64,000 bases of DNA, from NCBI GenBank assembly GCA_013426185.1, contig CP058602.1, forward strand, positions 138,231 to 202,230. The letters are read 5' to 3'. The notes beneath the pieces were generated by a model, which did not search any database, was not told the DNA's origin, and saw only the letters and a program-made list of their open reading frames with translations. Numbering within the stretch: the stretch's first letter is position 1; every line of letters begins with the position of its first letter. The translations under genes and the position numbers were made by a program. Origin of the DNA: Candidatus Woesebacteria bacterium. GTDB taxonomy: Bacteria; Patescibacteriota; Microgenomatia; UBA8517. Of the stretch, positions 37,938 to 47,102 are shown piece after piece.

Positions 37938-39018
37938 ATCTGATCTGCATTCCCTCTTCTACTTTTGTCTCAAGTGAAACTTTTTGTCCCGGAAATTTTG
38001 CACCATTTCCCCAAATAATTGCGGCAGTTATATTTTTGGCAAATTCTTCGCTTATTTTGTAAGCTACATCAAGAAGTGAGATTCCTCTTTTTACCACCAT
38101 AGGATTATCGTTTGAAGGTTTTGCGTCTGATTTTACAAGGTAAATATTAATAAGCTCAAGTTTTTCCCATATTTTCTCAAGTAATCTTTCAAGCCCCATT
38201 TTCTCTTTAGCGCTTATCAAAATAGGATTTTCTTCACTTCCCTCTTGTTTCTCATAGCTCATATTTTGCATAAGATCTGCTTTATTGGTAACAAAGATAG
38301 CAGGTAAATAGACTCTATTTCGCGAGAGGCTGTCAATTAAATCCTCCACTTTTATTTTTTGTTTAATTTTAACTTCAGCGTTTTTGATACCCATTTCCTG
38401 AATAATACTTTTGATGGTTTCTTTGTCTAGATCTTGCCTAATATTTGAGAAGATCTTTATTCCGCCATCTAATTTCTTTTCTATTTTAATTTCAGGTTTT
38501 TCTTTATTGATTCTTATCCCGTTTTTTTCAAGAACTTTGGCTATTCTTGAAAAAGCATCAAATTTACTCGGTTCTGTAATAATAAGTAGAAGATTGCAAC
38601 CGCGAATAACAGAAAGAACTTCTTTTCCTCTTCCCTTTCCTTCTTCCGCGCCTTCAATTAGCCCAGGAACATCCAAAATCTGGATTCTAGCGTTTTTATA
38701 TTCCATCATTCCGGGAATAACAGAAACAGTGGTGAAAGCATAAGGGGCGATCTTTGAATTGGCGTTAGTTAACTGGTTAATTAAGGTTGATTTTCCAACC
38801 GAAGGAGGACCCACTAAAACTATAGTAGCATCACCTTGTTTTTTGACAGCGTAACCCGCTCCACCTCCTGATTTTCTGCTTTCAACTTCAAGCATCTTGT
38901 CTTTGAGCCTAGCTATTCTTGCTCTTAAAAGACCTATGTGGTGCTCGGTGCCTTTATGATAAGGGGTTTCTCTGATTTCTTTTTCTATTGCCTCTATTTG
39001 TTCGCTTAAATCAGCCAT
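37930..39018 (-). CDS. DRG-type (OBG superfamily) GTPase with TGS domain
   Basis: HKGTEHHIGLLRARIARL, GPPSVGKST, YAFTT, DVPGLIEGA, NKAD. Confidence 0.9.
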   Translation of the reverse strand: MADLSEQIEAIEKEIRETPYHKGTEHHIGLLRARIARLKDKMLEVESRKSGGGAGYAVKKQGDATIVLVGPPSVGKSTLINQLTNANSKIAPYAFTTVSVIPGMMEYKNARIQILDVPGLIEGAEEGKGRGKEVLSVIRGCNLLLIITEPSKFDAFSRIAKVLEKNGIRINKEKPEIKIEKKLDGGIKIFSNIRQDLDKETIKSIIQEMGIKNAEVKIKQKIKVEDLIDSLSRNRVYLPAIFVTNKADLMQNMSYEKQEGSEENPILISAKEKMGLERLLEKIWEKLELINIYLVKSDAKPSNDNPMVVKRGISLLDVAYKISEEFAKNITAAIIWGNGAKFPGQKVSLETKVEEGMQIRFI

Positions 39019-39063
39019 TTAAGGTATAATTATAAGCTAATAAGGGTTTAATTTAAAACTCAA

Positions 39064-39135
39064 GCGTCCATAGCTCAACGGATAGAGCATCTGTCTTCGG
39101 AACAGAGGATGGGGGTTCGATTCCCTCTGGACGCA
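39064..39135 (+). tRNA. tRNA-Arg(TCG)
   Basis: TCTGT-CTTCGGA-ACAGA. Confidence 0.93.
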
Positions 39136-39203
39136 CTTTTATTTTTTTGTCTATCTTCTTCTTGACAACCCTTCTTTCTTGTTTTAATTTAGCAAAAGAA
39201 TAA

Positions 39204-40910
39204 ATGAAGTTTATTATTGTTTCAGGTGGAGTTTTGTCAGGATTGGGGAAAGGAGTTACTTCAGCCTCAATAGGGCTTCTTCTCAAAGCTTCAGGATATA
39301 AAGTTACCATTATGAAGTGCGATATGTACTTAAATATTGATGCCGGGACAATGAATCCTATTGAGCATGGTGAAGTTTTTGTAACTCACGATGGATTGGA
39401 AACAGACCAGGATTTGGGGCATTATGAACGCTTTTTAGATGAGACGCTCTTAAGAGAAAATTATCTGACTAGCGGCCAAGTTTATAAATTAGTTTTAGAT
39501 AAGGAGCGAGCCCTTTTTTATGATGGAGCTTGTGTCCAACCTTATCATCACATTCCACCCGAAATAATGAAACGCTTTTTTGAGGCAGGGAAAAAGCATA
39601 ATGCTGATATTGTGATCGTTGAGCTTGGCGGAACGGTGGGAGAATACGAAGGGCTTTTGTTTTTCGAGGCCTCTCGTAGGCTTAGATTAAAATATCCAAA
39701 AGATGTTTGTTTTGTCCATGTTGGCTATCTTCCTGCTCCTCCATCAATTGGTGAGCTAAAGTCAAAGCCGATCCAGCAATCAATCTCTCAGTTGCATTCC
39801 CTTGGTATCCAACCTGATTTTGTAGTTTGCCGAGCAGAAAAGGATGTTGATTTAAAAAGGAAAGAGAAAATTGCTCTTTCATCAGGTGTACCTTTGGAGA
39901 ATATAATTTCCAATCCTGATATTAAAAATATATATGAGATTCCACTTTTATTTCATAAGCAAAAATTAGACAAAAAGATTGTCAAACAATTGGGATTAAA
40001 GAGAAAAACTATAGCGTCTCAAATTCTCAGAAATTGGAAAAATGTAGTTACCAAGAAGGCTAAAAAAGAAGTAGAAATAGGTATAGTTGGAAAATATCAG
40101 AAAACTGGAGATTATCTTTTGTCTGACTCTTATGTTTGCGTTGTTGAATCTTTAAAGCATGCGGGGTTTAAATTAGGACTTAAGCCTAATATAAAGTGGA
40201 TTGATTCTTCATCTTTGGAAAAAATGGATAAAGAAGAGTTTGCAAGGAGTTTATCTTCGCTTGATGGAATGATAGTTCCTCAAGGTTGGGGTTCTCGCGG
40301 AGTTGAGGGCAAAATAAAAGCGGCTTCTTTTGCAAGAGAAAAGAAGCTCCCCTATTTAGGCCTTTGTTTTGGGATGCAAATGGCTGTTATTGAATTTGCT
40401 AGAAATGTCTTAAATTTTAAGGATGCAAATAGTGAGGAGGTAAATCCTAACACTCCTTATCCTGTGATACACATTATGCCCAATCAAAAAAAATATCTTG
40501 CTGAAAAGCAATATGGCGGGACAATTAGGCTTGGAGCTTGGCATTGTTTGATAAACTCAAGGACTAAACTTGAAGAATCTTATCAAAAATATGGCAGTGA
40601 TAGGAAAAGTCCTTGGTTTTACCCCAATCCTTTGCAGAAAAAACTTAGTATGATAAGTAACAATAGACTTTTGATCTATGAGAGACACCGTCATCGTTAT
40701 GAGTTTAATTTGAATTATAGAAAGAAGTTTGAGAAAGCAGGTCTTGTTGTTTCGGGTATCTCGCCTGATGGTAAATTGGTTGAGGCAATAGAAATCAAGG
40801 ACCATCCATTTTTTGTAGGGGTTCAGTTTCATCCTGAGTATTTGAGCCGGCCTTTATATCCTCATCCCCTTTTTGTTTCTTTTCTTGAAGCAGCAAGTAG
40901 GAAAGATTGA
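39204..40910 (+). CDS. pyrG: CTP synthase
   Basis: GGVLSGLGKG, GLCFGMQ, ERHRHRYE, QFHPE. Confidence 0.97.
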   Translation: MKFIIVSGGVLSGLGKGVTSASIGLLLKASGYKVTIMKCDMYLNIDAGTMNPIEHGEVFVTHDGLETDQDLGHYERFLDETLLRENYLTSGQVYKLVLDKERALFYDGACVQPYHHIPPEIMKRFFEAGKKHNADIVIVELGGTVGEYEGLLFFEASRRLRLKYPKDVCFVHVGYLPAPPSIGELKSKPIQQSISQLHSLGIQPDFVVCRAEKDVDLKRKEKIALSSGVPLENIISNPDIKNIYEIPLLFHKQKLDKKIVKQLGLKRKTIASQILRNWKNVVTKKAKKEVEIGIVGKYQKTGDYLLSDSYVCVVESLKHAGFKLGLKPNIKWIDSSSLEKMDKEEFARSLSSLDGMIVPQGWGSRGVEGKIKAASFAREKKLPYLGLCFGMQMAVIEFARNVLNFKDANSEEVNPNTPYPVIHIMPNQKKYLAEKQYGGTIRLGAWHCLINSRTKLEESYQKYGSDRKSPWFYPNPLQKKLSMISNNRLLIYERHRHRYEFNLNYRKKFEKAGLVVSGISPDGKLVEAIEIKDHPFFVGVQFHPEYLSRPLYPHPLFVSFLEAASRKD

Positions 40911-40944
40911 GTATAATAAATATTCTTTGGTATAATTAGACCAA

Positions 40945-41015
40945 GCGGGCATAGTTGAAAGGCTCAACAACTCCCTTCCAAGGAGTAGATCGGAGTTCGA
41001 TTCTCCGTGCCCGCT
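40945..41015 (+). tRNA. tRNA-Gly(TCC)
   Basis: ACTCC-CTTCCAA-GGAGT. Confidence 0.92.
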
Positions 41016-41449
41016 CATAAGTCAAATCCAGCGAAGGCAAAATTTTACATATTGGGATCTACTTTCTTGTGTACCCTTTTCCTCCCATACTTCTACTTCT
41101 TCTTTCGCAAGGATCTCCATAAAATTGCCAGAGGAGTGCTAAAGCAAAATCTCCACCTTGAAAACCTTGAAGCCTAATTGTTCCGTATCTTTTTAGGGTT
41201 TTTCGTAAGTTGGAAATTCTACTCGTTCTTTACCAAATCATGCCTAATCATATATAGGCCTGATGAAGGATTCCTTTAAATTTGAAGACCAATTTAAACA
41301 TTTGTTTCTAGGTAATCAGAAAGATTAGGCCATTTTTGCTTACCAGGGAAAAGCTTGTGAATTTCATTGATAGTAACTGGTTGCAGTTCTCTTTCACTTT
41401 GCCCTTCCCCAAACATAAAAATATTATAACAGTACAATGTATCTCTAAA

Positions 41450-41650
41450 CTATTTTGATAGTTTTAATTCTTTTATATCAACTGCTACTGATTTGCCGCA
41501 TTTTGTACAGATAGCACTTACAAGAACTCCATTTTGATTTATTTCAGTTACTTTCCCTCTTGAACCAGCTGCTGGATACAGATGCTCTAGGATTGGCACA
41601 ATGTCTCCTATCTTAAATTCTTTTGTTCTCTTAAGATTTCTTTCTGTCAC
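41450..41650 (-). CDS. Small hypothetical protein with CxxC
   Basis: 66-aa ORF with GTG start; CTKC. Confidence 0.45.
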   Translation of the reverse strand: MTERNLKRTKEFKIGDIVPILEHLYPAAGSRGKVTEINQNGVLVSAICTKCGKSVAVDIKELKLSK

Positions 41651-41694
41651 AAGATGAACTGGAAGTGCAGGCTTTATTCTTTACAAACTTTATG

Positions 41695-41768
41695 TCGGGG
41701 TGGACGGACTCGAACCGTCGACCTCACGCTCCCAAAGCGCGCACTCTAGCCAACTGAGCTACACCCCG
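41695..41768 (-). tRNA. tRNA-Pro(TGG)
   Basis: CGCGC-TTTGGGA-GCGTG. Confidence 0.95.
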
Positions 41769-41770
41769 TT

Positions 41771-41850
41771 CTTCAGAGAAGAACTACTTTCTCCAGAGAA
41801 GAACTACTCTCTCCAGAGGAGAATGATTTTCTCCAAGAGATAATTTCTCT
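41771..41850. repeat. Four degenerate 20-bp tandem repeats
   Basis: CTCCAGAGAAGAACTACTYT-like units at 41771, 41791, 41811, 41831. Confidence 0.8.
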
Positions 41851-41861
41851 CCTCAGCGATT

Positions 41862-42125
41862 TTATTTTAATTGATTTTGGTATTTTAATATCAATCTTCG
41901 AAACTTATAACCAAACCCTGATTTCAAAAACTTTTCTCTTTTCTCAGCGCACAGCTTACAACAGAACCTTTCGTCATATATCAACTTCCAAGGTATATAA
42001 GCTTTTGTATATCGAGATAGCCCTTTGTTGTGTTCTTTTATCCTTACCTCGAGATCCTTAATCGTCAACCCGACATATGTTTTGCCCTTTTTTCTCAAGC
42101 TCTCGAGTATGTAAACACTATACAT
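41862..42125 (-). CDS. Small GIY-YIG nuclease
   Basis: VYIL...YVG.T...R..EHN.G...REKFLKSG. Confidence 0.9.
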   Translation of the reverse strand: MYSVYILESLRKKGKTYVGLTIKDLEVRIKEHNKGLSRYTKAYIPWKLIYDERFCCKLCAEKREKFLKSGFGYKFRRLILKYQNQLK

Positions 42126-42172
42126 TCGACAATTTCAATTCTTGCCTAGCAGAAAATTCTGCTCTGCAGAAG

Positions 42173-42256
42173 TGCCGAGAGAGGGACTCGAACCCTCACG
42201 GTCCTTCGGACCACAGGATTTTAAGTCCTGCGTGTATACCATTCCACCATCTCGGC
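42173..42256 (-). tRNA. tRNA-Leu(TAA)
   Basis: CAGGA-CTTAAAA-TCCTG; long variable arm. Confidence 0.95.
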
Positions 42257-42449
42257 CTGAAATCTAACTTATTTTAAAACAGCTTTATTCCTGCTTCGCA
42301 GGAAAGGATTTGTCGCTTCGCTCTTGCTCACTTTCACTTACGTTCGCACAAGTCCTGCGTGTATACCATTCCACCATCTCGGCCTGAAATCTAACTTATT
42401 TTAAAACAGCTTTATTCCTGCTTCGCAGGAAAGGATTTGTCGCTTCGCT
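42223..42449. repeat. 100-bp direct repeat (42223-42322 and 42350-42449) including the tRNA-Leu 5' half
   Basis: Copies identical by eye, separated by 27 unique bp. Confidence 0.9.
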
Positions 42450-42571
42450 TATATTTACTTTAATTACTTTTACCTAATTTGGCACTCAACTTTTTCAACA
42501 CAACTTTTTCCAAACAACTAGCACAACTATTTTATCAAAATATGATTACAACTGCCAACTTTTGGAGAAAT

Positions 42572-43246
42572 CTACTTCTTAGTTTTTCCTACTATGATTT
42601 TAATATCGTAAGCGGAATTTGTCTCAAGGTTTTCCTTTTTAAGACTATAGCTTGCAAGACTTTGACTTATTTTTTCATAAACAGAATCAGGCAGACCTTC
42701 TTTCAAGAAAACTGAAGTGTCTTGATAATTATATGAATCAGCGTTGCCAGTTTCTGTCTTCTCAAATCCTGCTTTTTTGAGCAATTCTTCCACCTTTCCC
42801 GCTTCACCTTTAATGCCTGAGCCGTTGAGTATTAAGACCTTGAGATCAGAAAGTTTAACTTCTTCAGGTTGAGGAGTCGGGGTTTCTTTTAGTTCAGGTG
42901 AGAGTTGTGGTGTCTCTTTAGTTGTCCCAAGAGATATTTTTTCAACTTTGAGCTTGTAATAAAAAATTCCCCCTATTAAACCAGCCCCCAAGGTTAAGCC
43001 TAAGAGGAAAACTAAAAATAAAACCCAAAATGGAGTTTTTTGCTGATAGGTTTTTTCTTTAACTTCCTGCTTGGGAGAATTTTGATCCGGTTTGGCCTCG
43101 CTTGTTGTTGAATTTTCTTCAAGATTTTTCTCTTCGGATGATTTTTGCTCTTCTTCCTTAACAACCTCGACTTTAATCTTCTTTTCAACTTTGGCAGGAT
43201 CTTCCATAACTATTTCATTGTGCAACAAATAGGGTGCAAATGTCAA
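42572..43246 (-). CDS. LytR C-terminal domain membrane protein
   Basis: VLILNGSGIKGEAG...GNAD...IIVGK. Confidence 0.85.
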   Translation of the reverse strand: MTFAPYLLHNEIVMEDPAKVEKKIKVEVVKEEEQKSSEEKNLEENSTTSEAKPDQNSPKQEVKEKTYQQKTPFWVLFLVFLLGLTLGAGLIGGIFYYKLKVEKISLGTTKETPQLSPELKETPTPQPEEVKLSDLKVLILNGSGIKGEAGKVEELLKKAGFEKTETGNADSYNYQDTSVFLKEGLPDSVYEKISQSLASYSLKKENLETNSAYDIKIIVGKTKK

Positions 43247-43289
43247 CAGTTGGATTTAGTTTTCCCTATTTGCTAAAATTAAACTACTT

Positions 43290-43366
43290 GGTGGCTGTAG
43301 CTCAACGGTTAGAGCACTTGCCTGTGGAGCAAGGGGTTGGCGGTTCAAATCCGCTCAGCCACCCCA
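43290..43366 (+). tRNA. tRNA-His(GTG) with encoded G-1 and CCA
   Basis: CTTGC-CTGTGGA-GCAAG; C73; CCA at 43364-43366. Confidence 0.95.
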
Positions 43367-43707
43367 GTATTCCTTTTTAACAATTTCTTATCATTAGTAT
43401 TGAAGATAATCTTCTTCCAATCAGGAAAAGTGAATCCCTGCAGTATGCTTCCTGTAAGAAGCCCCTTAAAGATAGGTGAAGTAAAGAAGCCATTGTTACT
43501 ATAAAAAGAGAAAACTAGAAGTAAAGACATATAGATCCAATGGTGAAGATGAACTATCTTCCCTCTGACATAAATTTTTAAATTAGGCAAAAGTTGGATG
43601 AATTTTATTTTAACAACAGGAAGCTTGCGATATATTTTAGAACTTGGGTGTGATGATTTTTTAGCTACCTCGTAGCCTAGAAAAAGAGAAACAAGAAATT
43701 CAATCAT
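43345..43707 (-). CDS. Hypothetical membrane protein
   Basis: HLHHW motif; 3' end runs antisense into tRNA-His. Confidence 0.65.
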   Translation of the reverse strand: MIEFLVSLFLGYEVAKKSSHPSSKIYRKLPVVKIKFIQLLPNLKIYVRGKIVHLHHWIYMSLLLVFSFYSNNGFFTSPIFKGLLTGSILQGFTFPDWKKIIFNTNDKKLLKRNTGVAERI

Positions 43708-43742
43708 TTTTAAATATTAGCAAAATCAATCTAAGAAATGAA

Positions 43743-45074
43743 TTATCTTTTTCTTGATATGGTATAGATATCGGGATGATATAAAAAGGCAGCTGGAGCG
43801 TCTTCAAGCAAAAATCTTTGGAAATCAAGATAAATTTTCCTTCTTTCCTCAAGATCTAATTTACTTCTTCCCTCTTCAAGAAGGGCATCTATCCTAGGAT
43901 TTTTATATTTTGAATAATTAATTGCTGTTTGAGTAGCATGCCAAATTGAATATTGATCAGGATCAACTGGAGATTCAAAAATAACAAGCAGAGCTTGATA
44001 ATCATCAGGTATTATAGGCAAAGCCTGCACTTGAGCTTTAATACCTATTGCTTGCCACATCTTGACTATTTCTTCAGCTACAGCAAGCATGGCTGGTGTT
44101 GTCGTAAGCTTTATTTCCATTCCTTCTTTGCTTTGTTCTGGCAAAGATTTAATCAGATTTTTAGCTTTTTCTGGATCGTAGTCATAAGGTTTAACAAGAA
44201 GATTATAAGCCCAAGATTCGGGATAAATAGGCGAGATAGCTTTATTTGGACTAAGTCTATTTCTATCAATCGCGTAATACAAGGCTTGCCTTATTGTCTT
44301 TTCTGAAAGATACTTGTCGGTTGTATTAAAAAATATTGTGACTATATCTCTCGTATTAACTTTTTTCTCTATATTTAGAAAACCCCATTTATCAAGGGGG
44401 CTAGGATCAAAGATATTCTCCAAGATGTCCACTTGCCCAAGTTTGAAAGCTAATTTGAGCCTGTCTTCTGTCGGATAAAATTTATAAGTTTTTTGATTTT
44501 TATTTTTATCAGCTAAGACTATTTCCTCTACATAATTTCCTGAAAGAGAGACTTTCTTGACTTTCCACTCACCAAGACCCAAAAGCCCCTTTTTAAATAT
44601 TGGCTTTGATACAACACCAGGAAAAGGAGAAAAAGGGTTTTTTAGTTTGAATATGATTGTCTTTTCATCAGGTTTCTCTATCTCAACATCTGAAAAATTG
44701 TAAGAAATGTCACTTGACTTGATTTTACTTCCGTCTTGCCAAGTAAAGTTATCATCAATATGGAATATCCAAGTTTTGCCTTTATCTGGAGTTTCCCAAG
44801 ACTTGGCAAGCATAGGTTCAAAAGAACCATCAGGCCCTACTTTAGTCAGACCAAAACTAATTAAAGAAAGAACTTCTCCTGGCAGAGAATCTAGTCTATA
44901 TTTACCAACAAGACCTATCCTTTGATTTTCTTTAGCGGTAAAAAATGGTAGAAGAACAAATTTTAAAGCCAAAAAGAAGCAAAAACCTAACAAGATTCCA
45001 ATTAAAATGAGGGCTTTAAAGCGCGAGATGAAAGCTTGAATCAACTTTAGCGAATACCTTAAAGAGAAAGACAT
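43743..45074 (-). CDS. ABC transporter substrate-binding protein, family 5 (OppA-like)
   Basis: LAKSW...WQDG; RQAL..AIDR; ERRKIY.DFQ. Confidence 0.88.
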   Translation of the reverse strand: MSFSLRYSLKLIQAFISRFKALILIGILLGFCFFLALKFVLLPFFTAKENQRIGLVGKYRLDSLPGEVLSLISFGLTKVGPDGSFEPMLAKSWETPDKGKTWIFHIDDNFTWQDGSKIKSSDISYNFSDVEIEKPDEKTIIFKLKNPFSPFPGVVSKPIFKKGLLGLGEWKVKKVSLSGNYVEEIVLADKNKNQKTYKFYPTEDRLKLAFKLGQVDILENIFDPSPLDKWGFLNIEKKVNTRDIVTIFFNTTDKYLSEKTIRQALYYAIDRNRLSPNKAISPIYPESWAYNLLVKPYDYDPEKAKNLIKSLPEQSKEGMEIKLTTTPAMLAVAEEIVKMWQAIGIKAQVQALPIIPDDYQALLVIFESPVDPDQYSIWHATQTAINYSKYKNPRIDALLEEGRSKLDLEERRKIYLDFQRFLLEDAPAAFLYHPDIYTISRKR

Positions 45075-45080
45075 AAATGT

Positions 45081-45314
45081 CTAAATTAAAATTCGCAGGA
45101 TTGAGGCTAATAGAAAAAGCCCGGAAAATAAAAAGGTTGACTTAAAGATTAGCTTTTCTATTCCTCTTCTCTTAAAAGAGATAGATCCACTTTGACCAAA
45201 GCTTCTCCCAAGTCCTGTTCCTTTTGTTTGAATGGTTACAAGAAAAATTACAACTAAGGCTGTGACAATTTGAGTAATTAAAAGAAAATCTTTCATTGTC
45301 TTATTATACCTCAA
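45081..45314 (-). CDS. secG: Preprotein translocase subunit SecG
   Basis: IQTKGTGLG..FG...RRGIEK; two TMs. Confidence 0.88.
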   Translation of the reverse strand: MRYNKTMKDFLLITQIVTALVVIFLVTIQTKGTGLGRSFGQSGSISFKRRGIEKLIFKSTFLFSGLFLLASILRILI

Positions 45315-45323
45315 AATCTTTTG

Positions 45324-45728
45324 CTATTTGAAGATCCAATTTAGGATTGAGGTCAAAATGGAAAGAGTAAAAGAAAAAAGGATGATAGCCAAAAATCCTC
45401 CTACCTCGATTCTGGGAATAGAAAACCAGATATTCTCATAACCAGGAAAGAAAAATCGCTCGATTTTAAATTGATTAACAACAAGAGTAACAAGATATAA
45501 GGCAACTGCTGATGAAAGCCAACGGAAAAGGCCAAAAGTAATGAGATTAAGAGGTAAAATCAAGAGGTTTACGATTGGTCTAACTAGGTATGCGGCAACT
45601 CCCAAGGCAAAAGACGCGATAAGAAATGTTTTTATTCCTTCCCCAAAGAAAAGGCCTGAAACAAACTGATTGACAATATATAAAGCCAGAACCTCAATAG
45701 CAAAGATTTTAATTATCTTCTTTATCAT
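45324..45728 (-). CDS. YvlD/phage holin family protein
   Basis: VRPIVNLLILPLNLITFGLF. Confidence 0.8.
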   Translation of the reverse strand: MIKKIIKIFAIEVLALYIVNQFVSGLFFGEGIKTFLIASFALGVAAYLVRPIVNLLILPLNLITFGLFRWLSSAVALYLVTLVVNQFKIERFFFPGYENIWFSIPRIEVGGFLAIILFSFTLSILTSILNWIFK

Positions 45729-45761
45729 CTAACTAAGTATAGGTTGAAACTTGCAAAAAAG

Positions 45762-47102
45762 TCAAAGCTTAAGCGTGGAAAGGAATAACTTATGATGATA
45801 TCTTTGAGCGAAACGATGTGATTCATCCCTAATTCTGACAATCAGATTACCAAACTTTTCATTTTTTATTCGATGTTTTAGGTAGGTTGTTTGATTATTC
45901 TCTAAAATCGGCACAACTAATTCCTCAAATCTTTTGGCAATCCCAATTAGCGGAATTTTATATCTTTTTAAAATTGGATAAACTGCTGAAACTTGAGGTT
46001 TGCCGCCATCAACTATAATCAAATCAGGTTTACCCCAATCTTTTAAGTGTTTTAATCTACGATTTATCACCTCAATTAAAGATTCTCTATCGTTATTGAT
46101 ACTTCTTTTTAATCTGAACTGCTTGTAATCTCTTGAGCTTTTATTTCCATCTATAAAAACCACCATCGAGGCTGCGGCATAGGCCCCTGAAGTGTGAGAA
46201 ACATCATAGCACTCGATGCGTCTAAGTTTTTTAATCCTAAAAAACTTGCTTAGGAAATTAATGAAAGATTCTATTTCCTCTTCTCTTTGATCTTCAATTA
46301 AGTTTGGATTCTCAAGATATTCATCAGGATTTCTTATTGGCGAGGTTAGGTATTTAAAAGTTTCAAGTTTATTTTTAGCTTCCAAAGCTTTTTCAAATTC
46401 TTGCTTCTGAGCGAGGTTTTTTATTTCACTTGTTAACTCTTTTTCTACTTTTTTAATATTTCCACTCAAAAAATATTTAACTTTTCTAATGTTTCTTAAA
46501 TAATCTTTTTTAAGCTCTTTTCTTTTTGACTCTTCTTTAGTATTCTCTATCAAGTTGGGACAAGGATTGCAAAGGCCAATTTGGCTATAAATACAAGGCT
46601 TTTTCCCCAATTTGTGATCTGAAAATGGAATGAATCTTCTTATGTTTCTAAGTAGATTTCGAGCTATCCTTGTTGAGAGGAATGGTCCGTAAAATTTATC
46701 AACATTTTTGCCTTTAATCTCACTTTTTCTTCCCAAAATAAGAAGAGGGTATTTTTCCTTTGTTATTATTATGTAAAGAGGGCTTTTGTCGTCCTTTTGG
46801 ATAACGTTATACTTAGGCTGATATTTTTTTATCAAATTTGCCTCCAAAATCAAAGCTTCAATTTCGCTTTCGGTCTTAATAAAGCTTAAAAACTTTGCTT
46901 CTTTTACCATCTCTTTTGTTTTTCTTATCAAGATACCCGAAAAGTAACTTGAAAGCCTGTTTTTAAGATTTTTGGCTTTGCCTACATAAAGTGGTCTTTT
47001 ATCTTGTGCAAGGAAAAGATAAACACCTGGGAGTGTTGGAATTTCTAGAAATAATTCTTTCTTAGGGGTAGTATGAAGCTCAAGAACAACTTTTTTGTTC
47101 AT
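45762..47102 (-). CDS. uvrC: Excinuclease ABC subunit C (short form)
   Basis: PGVY..YVGKAKNL, RIECYDVSH, PDLIIVDGG, RDESHRFA. Confidence 0.92.
   Translation of the reverse strand: MNKKVVLELHTTPKKELFLEIPTLPGVYLFLAQDKRPLYVGKAKNLKNRLSSYFSGILIRKTKEMVKEAKFLSFIKTESEIEALILEANLIKKYQPKYNVIQKDDKSPLYIIITKEKYPLLILGRKSEIKGKNVDKFYGPFLSTRIARNLLRNIRRFIPFSDHKLGKKPCIYSQIGLCNPCPNLIENTKEESKRKELKKDYLRNIRKVKYFLSGNIKKVEKELTSEIKNLAQKQEFEKALEAKNKLETFKYLTSPIRNPDEYLENPNLIEDQREEEIESFINFLSKFFRIKKLRRIECYDVSHTSGAYAAASMVVFIDGNKSSRDYKQFRLKRSINNDRESLIEVINRRLKHLKDWGKPDLIIVDGGKPQVSAVYPILKRYKIPLIGIAKRFEELVVPILENNQTTYLKHRIKNEKFGNLIVRIRDESHRFAQRYHHKLFLSTLKL

Noticed and set aside
42223-42449. CRISPR-like repeat-spacer-repeat
   Set aside because: Repeat is 100 bp, tRNA-derived and present twice only; no cas genes in the window
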